41,734 nt of DNA, from positions 1-41,734 of the forward strand of contig JAUCBJ010003696.1 of assembly GCA_032718475.1 (NCBI GenBank), written 5' to 3'. Of this stretch, positions 24,477-36,193 are shown one piece after another; within the stretch, counting starts at the first letter, position 1, and the number at the start of each line of letters is the position of its first letter. Below the pieces are notes generated by a model. It made no database searches. It was not told where the DNA came from and saw only the letters and a program-made list of their open reading frames with translations. The stretch comes from Nemertoderma westbladi (Eukaryota; Animalia; Xenacoelomorpha). Position numbers and translations under genes: made by a program.

Positions 24477-27400
24477 TGAAAACCAAGGGGGTGCTATCAG
24501 TAGAGGAAGGAGACGATGAAATCCAAGGGGGTGCCATCAGTAGAGGAAGGAGACGATGAAATCCAAGGGGGTGCTATCAGTAGAGGAAGGAGACGATAAA
24601 AACCAAGGGGGTGCTATCAGTAGAGGAAGGAGACGATAAAATCCAAGGGGGTGCTATCAGTAGAGGAAGGAGACGATGAAATCCAAGGGGGTGCTATCAG
24701 TAGAGGAAGGAGACGATGAAATCCAAGGGGGTGCTATCAGTAGAGGAAGGCGACGATGAAATCCAAGGGGTGCTATCAGTAGAGGAAGGAGACGATGAAA
24801 TCCAAGGGGTGCTATCAGTAGAGGAAGGAGACGATGAAATCCAAGGGGTGCCATCACTAGAGGAAGGAGACGATAAAATCCAAGGGGGTGCTATCAGTAG
24901 AGGAAGGAGACGATGAAATCCAAGGGGGTGCTATCAGTAGAGGAAGGAGACGATGAAATCCAAGGGGGTGCTATCAGTAGAGGAAGGCGACGATGAAATC
25001 CAAGGGGTGCTATCAGTAGAGGAAGGAGACGATGAAATCCAAGGGGTGCCATCAGTAGAGGAAGGAGACGCTGAAAACCAAGGGGTGCTATCACTAGAGG
25101 AAGGAGACGATGAAATCCAAGGGGTGCCATCACTAGAGGAAGGAGACGATGAAATCCAAGGGGGTGCTATCAGTAGAGGAAGGAGACGATGAAATCCAAG
25201 GGGTGCCATCAGTAGAGGAAGGAGACGATGAAATCCAAGGGGGTGCTTTCAGTAGAGGAAGTATACGATGAAAACCAAGGGGTGCTATCAGTAGAGGAAG
25301 GAGACGATGAAATCCAAGGGGTGCCATCAGTAGAGGAAGGAGACGATGAAATCCAAGGGGTGCTATCAGTAGAGGAACGAGACGATGAAATCCAAGGGGT
25401 GCTATCAGTAGAGGAAGGCGACGATGAAATCCAAGGGGTGCCATCAGTAGAGGAAGGAGATGATGAAATCCAAGGGGGTGCCATCAGTAGAGGAAGGAGA
25501 CGATGAAATCCAAGGGGTGCTATCAGTAGAGGAAGGAGACGATGAAATCCAAGGGGGTGCTATCAGTAGAGGAAGGAGACGATGAAATCCAAGGGGGTGC
25601 TATCAGTAGAGGAAGGAGACGATGAAATCCAAGGGGTGCCATCAGTAGAGGAAGGAGACGATGAATTCCAAGGGGGTGCTATCAGTAGAGGAAGGAGACG
25701 ATGATATCCAAGGGGTGCTATCAGTAGAGGAAGGAGACGATGAATTCCAAGGGGGTGCTATCAGTAGAGGAAGGAGACGATGATATCCACGGGGTGCTAT
25801 CAGTAGAGGAAGGAGACGATGAAATCCAAGGGGTGCTATCAGTAGAGGAAGGAGACGATGAAATCCAAGGGGGTGCTATCAGTAGAGGAAGGAGACGATG
25901 AAATCCAAGGGGTGCCATCAGTAGAGGAAGGAGACGATGAAATCCAAGGGGGTGCGCTATCAGTAGAGGATGGAGACGATGAAATCCAAGGGGTGCCATC
26001 AGTAGAGGAAGGAGATGATGAAATCCAAGGGGGTGCTATCAGTAGAGGAAGGAGACGATGAAATCCAAGGGGTGCTATCAGTAGAGGAAGGAGACGATGA
26101 AATCCAAGGGGTGCCATCACTAGAGGAAGGCGACGATGAAATCCAAGGGGTGCCATCAGTAGATGAAGGAGACGATGAATTCCAAGGGGGTGCCATCAGT
26201 AGAGGAAGGAGACGATGAAATCCAAGGGGTGCTATCAGTAGAGGAAGGAGACGATGAAATCCAAGGGGGTGCCATCAGTAGAGGAAGGAGACGATGAAAT
26301 CCAAGGGGTGCCATCAGTAGAGGAAGGAGACGATGAAATCCAAGGGGGTGCTATCAGTAGAGGAAGTATACGATGAAAACCAAGGGGGTGCTATCAGTAG
26401 AGGAAGGAGACGATGAAATCCAAGGGGTGCCATCAGTAGAGGAAGGAGACGATGAAATCCAAGGGGTGCTATCAGTAGAGGAACGAGACGATGAAATCCA
26501 AGGGGTGCTATCAGTAGAGGAAGGAGACGATGAAATCCAAGGGGTGCTATCAGTAGAGGAAGGAGACGATGAAATCCAAGGGGGTGCTATCAGTAGAGGA
26601 AGGAGACGATGAAATCCAAGGGGGTGCTATCAGTAGAGGAAGGAGACGATGAAATCCAAGGGGTGCCATCAGTAGAGGAAGGAGACGATGAATTCCAAGG
26701 GGGTGCTATCAGTAGAGGAAGGAGACGATGATATCCAAGGGGTGCTATCAGTAGAGGAAGGAGACGATGAATTCCAAGGGGGTGCTATCAGTAGAGGAAG
26801 GAGACGATGATATCCACGGGGTGCTATCAGTAGAGGAAGGAGACGATGAAATCCAAGGGGTGCTATCAGTAGAGGAAGGAGACGATGAAATCCAAGGGGG
26901 TGCTATCAGTAGAGGAAGGAGACGATGAAATCCAAGGGGTGCCATCAGTAGAGGAAGGAGACGATGAAATCCAAGGGGGTGCGCTATCAGTAGAGGAAGG
27001 AGACGATGAAATCCAAGGGGTGCCATCAGTAGAGGAAGGAGATGATGAAATCCAAGGGGGTGCTATCAGTAGAGGAAGGAGACGATGAAATCCAAGGGGT
27101 GCTATCAGTAGAGGAAGGAGACGATGAAATCCAAGGGGTGCCATCACTAGAGGAAGGCGACGATGAAATCCAAGGGGTGCCATCAGTAGATGAAGGAGAC
27201 GATGAATTCCAAGGGGGTGCCATCAGTAGAGGAAGGAGACGATGAAATCCAAGGGGTGCTATCAGTAGAGGAAGGAGACGATGAAATCCAAGGGGGTGCC
27301 ATCAGTAGAGGAAGGAGACGATGAAATCCAAGGGGTGCCATCAGTAGAGGAAGGAGACGATGAAATCCAAGGGGGTGCTATCAGTAGAGGAAGTATACGA

Positions 27401-27860
27401 TGAAAACCAAGGGGGTGCTATCAGTAGAGGAAGGAGACGATGAAATCCAAGGGGTGCCATCAGTAGAGGAAGGAGACGATGAAATCCAAGGGGTGCTATC
27501 AGTAGAGGAACGAGACGATGAAATCCAAGGGGTGCTATCAGTAGAGGAAGGCGACGATGAAATCCAAGGGGTGCCATCAGTAGAGGAAGGAGATGATGAA
27601 ATCCAAGGGGGTGCCATCAGTAGAGGAAGGAGACGATGAAATCCAAGGGGTGCTATCAGTAGAGGAAGGAGACGATGAAATCCAAGGGGGTGCTATCAGT
27701 AGAGGAAGGAGACGATGAAATCCAAGGGGGTGCTATCAGTAGAGGAAGGAGACGATGAAATCCAAGGGGTGCCATCAGTAGAGGAAGGAGACGATGAATT
27801 CCAAGGGGGTGCTATCAGTAGAGGAAGGAGACGATGAAATCCAAGGGGGTGCTATCAGTA
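24477..27860. repeat. 39/40-bp minisatellite (~85 units) with a 1027-bp higher-order duplication
   Basis: Unit gaaatccaagggg(g)tgctatcagtagaggaaggagacgat; near-identical ORFs recur at +1027 (25858/26885, 26015/27042, 26373/27400). Confidence 0.95.
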
Positions 27861-28520
27861 GGAGGAAGGAAAGGGTAATAATAAGGGAAGGAGTAAGGGT
27901 AATAAGGGAAGGAGAAAGGGTAATAAGGGAAGGAGAAAGGGTAATAAGGGAAGGAGAAAGGGTAATAAGGGCAAGGAGAAAGGGTAATAAGGGAAGGGAT
28001 AAAGGGTAAATAAGGGGAGGAGAAAGGGTAATAAGGGAAGGAGAAAGGGTAATAAGGGGAGGATAAAGGGTAATAAGGGGAGGATAAAGGGTAATAAGGG
28101 TAATAAGGGATAATAAGGGAAGGAGAAAGGGTAAAAAGGGAAGGAGAAAGGTAATAAGGGAAGGATAAAGGGTAATAAGGGAAGGAGAAAGGGTAATAAG
28201 GGAAGGAGAAAGGGTAATAAGGGAAGGAGAAAGGGTAATAAGGGAAGGAGAAAAGGGTAATAAGGGAAGGAGAAAGGGTAATAAGGGAAGGATAAAGGGT
28301 AATAAGGGGAGGATAAAGGGTAATAAGGGAAGGAGAAAGGGTAATAAGGGAAGGAGAAAGGGAAATAAGGGAAGGAGAAAGGGTAATAAGGGAAGGAAAA
28401 AGGGTAATAAGGGAAGGAGAAAGGGTAATAGGGGAAGGAGTAAAGGGTAATAAGGGAAGGAGAAAGGGTAAAAAGGGAAGGAGAAAAGGGTAAAAAGGGG
28501 AGGATAAAGGGTAATAAGGG
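27861..28520. repeat. 21-bp purine-rich minisatellite (~31 units)
   Basis: Unit gggtaataagggaaggagaaa. Confidence 0.95.
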
Positions 28521-29150
28521 AAGTGTTTACTGTGAAAGATCACCCATGGTGGAGAACAGGTATTCCTTTTAGGAAACAGACTGGAAATGTTTACTGTGGA
28601 TGATCCCCCATGGTATGGTGGTGAACAGACATTCCTTTAGGAAACAGAGTGGAAGGGTTTACTGTGCAAGATCACTCATGATGGATAACAAGCATTCCTT
28701 TAGGAAACAAAGTGGGAGGGTTTATTGTGGAAGATCAATCAAGTTTGTGAACAGGAATTCCTTTAGGAAACAGAGTGGAATGGTTTACTGTGGAAGATCA
28801 CCCATACATGGTGGTGAACAGGCATTCCTTTAGGAAACCAGTGTGGAAGAGTTTACTGTGGAAGATCAATCAAGTTTGTTAACAGGCATTCCTTTAGGAA
28901 ACAGAGTGGAAGGTTTTACTGTGGAAGATCACCCATGGTGGTGAACAGACATTATTTTAGGAAACAGAGTGGAAGGGTTTACTGTGGAAGATCACCCACA
29001 CCCATGCATGGTGGTGAACAGGCATTCCTTTAGGAAACAGAGTGGAAGGGTTTACTGTGAAACATCGAATAAGTTGGTGAACAGGCATTCCTTTAGGTAA
29101 CAGAGTAGAAGGGTTTACTGTGGGAGGTCTCCCATGGTGGTGAACAGGCC
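28521..29150. repeat. ~62-bp diverged tandem repeat (~10 units)
   Basis: Unit ggcattcctttaggaaacagagtggaagggtttactgtggaagatcacccatggtggtgaaca. Confidence 0.9.
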
Positions 29151-29342
29151 AGTTCCTTGGCTTAAGGGGGGGTACACCATTATGGTCCAAAATACTGTAT
29201 GTCGAAATTTTTTTTATGCTCTATTATAATGCACCATTGAATGGTGTTTCCAAATCTGAAAAACCGCTATTTAATAGCTCTTTAGTTTTCAAGTTATGAC
29301 AATTTCCATTTAGGGAATCCTATTGAAATTACTATTACTATG

Positions 29343-29428
29343 TATAATGAAAGTATGCTGAACATACATGAGCGAGAGACTGAATCAACGGCCTTGAAGA
29401 AGTCAACAAAGATAACAGCCAGATGCCT
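29343..29428 (-). mobile_element. Short fragment of the same RTE LINE family as 13184-14808
   Basis: Reverse complement matches ~13635-13720 with few substitutions. Confidence 0.9.
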
Positions 29429-29867
29429 TGCCTATGGTCAGAGAATGATCCAACTCTGTAACTTGGCAATCGCTCAAATCCATCCAGCTGAATGGCACAG
29501 TAGAGTAAACTAAAGTATATTCCCTATACAATGTTCTGAAGGGGAGACTGACAGAGAGTCCAACAATAAAACATTTTGCAATAATGTTGACATTAATGTA
29601 GCCAACTCACTGTGTACTTAAGTCATTCAGCTTACATTAGCAGAGGGAGATATTCCCATAGAGTGCGCATTGGGAAGAGTAATTCAGCTGAGGCAATAAT
29701 AGATTTCAAAACTAAACCAACCAGTTAATATTTGCTTTGACAGAGTGTCCTAGGGCCTAAACAAACAGTATGGGTGTACTAAGTACAATAATCTTGGCAA
29801 CCTCATCGATTTATACTAAGCCTTGTGTAGAAATCCCATTACATAAGCCATTTTTCATCACGACACC

Positions 29868-30138
29868 AGCTGTTATTGGTGTTATTTTACCATTGCGCCT
29901 ATGGCGTTTTTTCGTTTATGTCTATCTTTTTCGAGCCCACGGCTCATGGACGAAATAGCGGAACATACCAGGGACCTTAGAATCCGGTCAGCCAGCCGCT
30001 GTGAAAATTTCATCAAAATCGTTAGAGTAGTTTTGGCTATAGATTAACCAGCCAGCCAGTCAATCAGCCAACAATTCTTACAGTAATGAACCTCTCGGTT
30101 CCTAACTAGTGACGGGCCCAGGTCAAACGGAACCGAGA
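29868..30138 (-). mobile_element. HINE-like copy 2 plus the terminus of an adjacent tandem unit
   Basis: Body highly similar to 10967-11200; hairpin gaacc-tctc-ggttc (30088-30101); then ACTAG, tgac..gtca stem and ggaaccgaga (30129-30138), complementary to 30093-30102. Confidence 0.65.
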
Positions 30139-30253
30139 AGAAGCTGGCCCATCACAGCAACCTCCTGGTCCAGAACCTAATTCCCAGCGATCTGACAGCT
30201 CCAGTAATTCTGATACTGTAGAGCTGACCCCCGAACGCAAAGTGGAGACATTG

Positions 30254-30598
30254 GATCCCTACTGGATGGCCCCTGAGATGATTCAAGGGCAGCAGTACGA
30301 CGAGCGCGTCGATGTGTTCTCCTTCGGGATCGTTGTCGCGGAGATCGTCGGACGGATCTACGCGGACCCGGACATCCTCCCCCGGACGGACCACGATTAT
30401 GGACTGGATCGGCCGCGTTTCTACGATAAGTTCTGCCACAACTGTCCCGAGCCGTTGTACAAGCTCGCCTTCCTGTGCTGCTCGTTGGATACGGAACGGC
30501 GGCCGCCGTTCCAGCTGTTAGAGGCGTGGTTCGTTTCGCTCGGATCCTGGTTGGATATCGGCAGACCCCCTCCTCCCCCGATCTCCAACACGAACTAA
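30254..30598 (+). pseudogene. LIMK: LIM-kinase C-lobe fragment (subdomains VIII-XI) followed by AT-rich UTR-like sequence
   Basis: PYWMAPEM...YDERVDVFSFGIVVAEIVGRIYADPDILPRT..DYGL...KFCHNCPEP..KLAFLCC.LD.ERRP; lacks RYTVVG and no N-lobe exons were found upstream. Confidence 0.8.
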
Positions 30599-31115
30599 CT
30601 CTGGTTCACACCGACGACCAAGAGAAATCCCTATAATTATTTCCCCTTAAGGTCTTCTTCTCTCTATTGTGCCGCTAATATTATTAGAGTAACAATATAT
30701 TTTAATTTCTAACAGTAAACTGACTCAGTATGGATTGTACCAGTAATAATAATATGAAAGAATTAATTGTGCATTGTGATTTATTAATATGAGGGTGCTA
30801 CGCTAATATAGAGTGTTAGTCAAACAAATATTTAGCCATAACTTAGTTGTAATGAATATACTATTTATAATTTCTGTAGTTTTACATTTTGCTAATATTC
30901 TTTAATTTGTATGTTTGATAATTAATTTGCTTCTGATTAGTTTCTATAGGTTTATCTTTAACTTTCTATTTTTTTCTAACGATTATTTAAAAGTATTTGT
31001 AACATATTAAATTAATAATTAAATCAATCATTTAGTTATAAATTATCAAGTAGAAGGAAATGTTTATGATTGACAAAACAATTACCGGCATGTAAATAAT
31101 CCGTATGTAATAGCC

Positions 31116-31147
<32 letters not shown>

Positions 31148-34100
31148 ACAAAAATTGAATAGGTGAGAATCGAACCAACGACCACATACTCTTGTAACTC
31201 AACGTGTTACCCTCTACGCTAATTTGGTTTTTAACTTTATAATTAACATGTCGGGCTTTCATGTTACAAGGATGTTCTAGAATATTTAAATACTGTATGC
31301 ATAATTACAAATAATTCCCTACAAATAAATAAAATAAGATTTGCCATAGTTCATGTTTAGCACATAAAACTTTTACGGCCTTATCGCTCGAATCGCGAGT
31401 AATAACCTTTTAAAGTGGTATTTTATGAACAATGACGTATATAATTATGTAAAAAATATCGCCTCTACCAAAACTGTGTGTTACAATGATTGTTGGTGAG
31501 TGCGAGTCTGTAGGCCCAACTGCCTGAACCGGTACTGCTGTAGGTCTGTAGGCCCAACTGCCTGAACCGGTATCCTGCTGTAGGCCCGTAGGCTCAACTG
31601 TCCTAACCGGTACTTCCAGTACAGTATGACTAGTTTACAAATTAAAATTGTCTTTCTAATTATACCAAATCTCAAAACAATATGGACATTTTCCAAAACA
31701 TTCATAAAAGACAATAATTGCAAATGAATCATTTATAACATGAAATTTATTAAAAACTATAAAATTAAAATGTTTGGAGACACTAAAAGCAGGAGTTTTC
31801 TATTGCAACGATATCATTCAAGACCCATGGCAATCTTAAGTTAGTGTAATTTTAAATGCTTTAAAATGCTAAAAAAAATTTATTCTTAAAATTAATTATT
31901 AATGCACCTTTCTAAAACCCTTGTTACTTCACAAACTGCCGCAGGTGGTTCCCATAGCAACATAATTGTTTCCAACAAGTTTCTTTCATTAAGTTAGCAC
32001 TCTAGCTTTCTAATGATACCAATAATCCCGAATTTTATTAAGGTGCAGCGGAGTTATTTGAAAACGAAACCTAACCGTGTCAAATTTTGTGGGACACCCT
32101 GTATATGTTTATTGAGTAACCTAAACAGCCATAATCGCGGGGATTATAGTCTACCAGTCAACCCTGACCCCCATCTGCCCCTCTTTATCAACCGTATAGC
32201 CGCGGACAAAATATCCTATATTTTTCTTAATTTATGGGATAGCCTATTCATGCAATACTTACTGGTACCTGTAGTATAGTTACTGTATGGTTTGGTGCAG
32301 TTTTCCTTGTGGTAATTGAGTTGGGAGCACTAAAATCGATGGTATTTCATTTTTTAATAGGCCTTTGTGCCTGAGTACTAACAGTGGCCCAAGTGGCAAA
32401 AATCAGAAAGTAGGCTTCAACTGGTATTTCCGAATAAGCAGTTTCCAGTCAGCCAGTCCTGTTATCAATTAATATTGTAGAAGTCCATGGTTAGAGAAAA
32501 TGCGCACCACTGTAAGCTTCTGCTTTCCATTGATAAAGAAATCTAATTTCGTGTATTGTTTTGGTTAAAATACACCGCCACAGTAACCTGCTCCTTTCCC
32601 TTAAATTGTCCCAGAAGTGTGCATATGACCGATACCCGGGTTTGACTTTACTGCGTATACGTAGGCCTACGCGTAGCTACGCGTAGGTTTATGCGTAGGC
32701 CAGAATTGTCTTTTGGCGTAGGAATTTCTTGCGTAGGTGCTTGCCTATGAACCAATCACAAGGACGTTTGTTGTGTATATTGTAGTGGGAAATTTAAATT
32801 TAGATTTATTATCATAATAATATGACATAGCCTTTGCAGGGGTAGCCCGGCAGCCCGGGCACTACAGCAATGGCTGTCTGCTGGATGTTGTACCGGTAGC
32901 GGTAGTATGGATGGATACGCGATACGCTACTGCCTGACACCAGTCACAGCAGTAGACAGGTACCGTCAGACCGTAGGTTCACGTCAGGTTCGTCAGACCG
33001 TTCGTCTTGCAACGCGAAGAAGTGTAGCTCTTGTCAGTATATTTTCAAGGAGGAGAAAGTTATAGTTAAATATTGGGGAACAATTACGTTTCAATTAAAT
33101 GGTTTGTCAGAACTCCAAACAGCCAACTGGCCAAACCTGGGTATCTATACGCTCATTTCAATGATCTTTGTTGTCGTCGATACTTAGAAAATACTAAATC
33201 GGTGAAAATATCAGAACCGGCTAGAACCATGCTGTCTCCCCAGGACCTAAGTGACTTGCAAGAGAAAGGAATTCATTTTGAAGAATAGGTTCACTATTCA
33301 GTTTCATTCACCTGTTAGACTTATTTGCTTTACCCCAAGCAGTAGTTAGTTGCAATAATTGTGAAATTGAAGTAACTTGTTAATTAAATTAAATCGTGTT
33401 GATGTTGAATTAAAATATAAAAAGCAAACTTTTCAAACTGAAAGTAATTACGACCGAAATGTAGGCCTACTTCAGTTAGGTACAATGGCCAAATCTGGCA
33501 ATGATTGTGATTGCCATATTTGGCAACCAAGCAAAATCTGGCAACATTTCTGATTGCCTGATTTGGCAACTATATAAAGCCGTTGTTGCCATATTTGGCA
33601 ACTTAACTAACTCATTGAATGTGGATTATATGGTTCTGCGTCATTAAGTCCTTCTATGGCAGTATGGTCATTCCTTAGATACTGAAATGTTAATGTTAGG
33701 CCTAGAAAAAAGGCAAAGGGGTAGGGCCAGGTTACAGGTTATACTTATACCAGTAGTGGCATATTCTAAGTTCTAACCAATACAGCAACATATCCTAATA
33801 AATGAGGTGAGAATGAGAGTCAATAACACAAACACAGACTGACTGGTGATAGTTTTTTTGCTTTTTTTTTGACATTTTTGCTAGTAATCTCTGGCGCTGC
33901 TTGGGGAGGCAGGGAGGTGGTTGATTGTTGTTTGTACCAATAATACATAATAGTTTAGTAGTTAAAGATTGTAACTGTGTAATGCTGATACAATTGCCCA
34001 GCAATCTAAATCATCCTTCACTCTATATCAGTTCAGTATACTGGCTGACTGGTATCAGGGTATATCTATCTTTCCATTCCTACATCAGTATTCAGTACAT

Positions 34101-34400
34101 ACAGACATATAATGAAAATAATTTCATCCCGTTTTTCATTAGCTGATTAGGGCCTACTAGAAACAATTTGTTGAATCCCTTAACCTGTTAACACGCGTTT
34201 TGGTTTTCTCAGTCTTTCTAAATTTTTACACTATTTTTCTTCCGTCACGCCGTTTCTCAAACTATAATGCCCCCTTGCCTTCTTGCTGCCTTTTGGTGAT
34301 GTTAACGTTCTGACGTTGTCAAATATTATTACGTTTATTTCCATTTCAGCCTTTGCAGCATGTGATTCTTTAGATTTGTTTATGCCTATACCAGTATACC

Positions 34401-36193
34401 CGGTCCTACTAATTACCCAACTTTACCCAAATCTACCCAACTTTACCCAAACTTACCCAACTTTACCCCACTTTACCCAACTTTTTACCCAACTTTACCC
34501 AACTTTACCCCACTTTACCCAATACCACCCAACTTTACCCAAGTTTACCCAATCGAATACCCAACTACCTATCTGCCGACCAGTGATGCAATACAGTACA
34601 GCAGAAGGCTTACTTACTTACTACAGTACCGGACCAGTAGGCCTACTGTCTGACAGTAGCATTCCAGCAGTCTGTCAGACTGTACAGCTGTAATACAGTA
34701 GGTCATAGTAGGAATGGTTTGTATCAGTGTAGGCCTATCTGCCTATGCAGCTATGGCTATGGCTTCATGTTTATAGCTGTATGTATAGTCAGATAGTCAT
34801 ACTCCAGTCAGCCAGTACTTATAATTAGGGTTCGATCGGTGCACCGGCACCGGCACCGGTATTGCCGGTGTTTGGCACCACCGGCACCGGCACCTGCACC
34901 GGCAAAAACATTGCCGGTGCCGGTGTTTTTTAAAATGATTGGCTGCTGTTAAAATTGAAGCCTACTGCAGTACCGGTACTGCAGACAGCCTGGCTAAGCT
35001 ATCAGTCAGCTACAAGGCAGCAAGGCTATAGCTGTTTGACTGTCTGTCTACTGGTCTAGCAGTCTAGTGACTTGACTAGTGGTAGGGTAGCCCAGAATCA
35101 TAACGCCTTACTTAGTGTAAAACTGATACACTATGTTATTTCTGTATTTTATGTAATATATAAATACTGTAGGCCTACTGTAACTGTACACATATAATTT
35201 TAATGCAATCGTTTTATTTAAACTTTTATATTCATTTTATTGTAAATCTAAACCATTTTATATAAATGCGTGACATCATAATTTTACAGTATTGTAGAAT
35301 TGTACGTACTTGTTGCTCTGCTGCTGTACCCGTGTGCTGGACAGCTAGCTGGGTTAAGCTATTACAATATTAATTCAGAAATTGATCAGTACATAGTCGG
35401 CCAGCTACTGAGCTACTGTACCTTCTGTCAATCTGTGACTGTGGTACTTTACTGCATCACTGCCTCATTTCTGTTAGGTGACAGGGTTAGGTGTGCGTGT
35501 GGCCTAATGTAATAGACATAGATTACACAAAAATTTATATTATTTCGTTTTCAAATAGAATTACGCCAAATTTGCCCAACATTTAAAAACACCGGCACCG
35601 GCACCTGCACCGGCATTTACAATGTGACACCGGCACCGGCACCGGCACCGGCAAAATTTTGGCACCGATCGAACCCTACTTATAATCATAACATAACACA
35701 TCCAGACATCAATAAAATGATCAATATGGCTGTATGAGGGTGCATTTCGGGGTAGTGATGTTCTATAGAATAGACTTTAGTTTATTGTTTTGGTTAGAAT
35801 AACGTGCCACTATAACCTGTTCCTTTCCCTAAATTGAGAATTTAACATTCAGGTTGAGATATGCATCAAGTTTCCCTCTGCAGCCTTGCCTCCACTCCAA
35901 TCAGCCATTGGCAGATTGGATATGGTAGATAGCAGGATAGGCCTAACTACTGAACTAATTGATTAGGCCTGATGATGGATTGATGGATTGAAATGATTGG
36001 GTAAAGTTGGGTAAAGTTGGGTAAAGTGGATTGGGTAATTGATTGGGTGAAGTTGGGTAAAGTTGGGTGGTATTGGGTAAAGTGTGGTAAAGTGGGGTAA
36101 AGTTGGGTAAAAAGTTGGGTAAAATTGGGTAAAGTTGGGTGAAGTTGGGTAAAGTTGGGTGGAGTTGGGTAAAGTTGGGTATTTAGTAGGACC
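34401..36193. mobile_element. Fold-back/MULE-like element whose TIRs are 10-bp tandem arrays, 8-9-bp TSD (layer 3)
   Basis: ggtcctactaa-(ttacccaact)n at 34402-34570 vs (agttgggtaa)n-ttagtaggacc at ~35995-36193; cagtatacc at 34392-34400 and 36194-36202. Confidence 0.85.
34826..35678. mobile_element. Non-autonomous hAT element, 17-bp TIRs, 8-bp TSD (innermost layer)
   Basis: tagggttcgatcggtgc / gcaccgatcgaacccta; TSD cttataat at 34818-34825 and 35679-35686; (caccgg)n sub-terminal repeats. Confidence 0.92.

Noticed and set aside
24657-28543. Many repetitive ORFs (VEEGDDEIQG, PLGFHRLLPLL, FPYYPFS)
   Set aside because: By-products of 39/40- and 21-bp units; frames shift with G4/G5 variation, so no maintained reading frame.
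28600-28833. SGRVYCGR resembling a LIM-domain end near the LIMK fragment
   Set aside because: Only one Cys per unit, no LIM C/H spacing, and frames break between units.
29162-29330. TTAA-GG start resembling a Kolobok terminus
   Set aside because: Only one end visible; no partner TIR or coding sequence.
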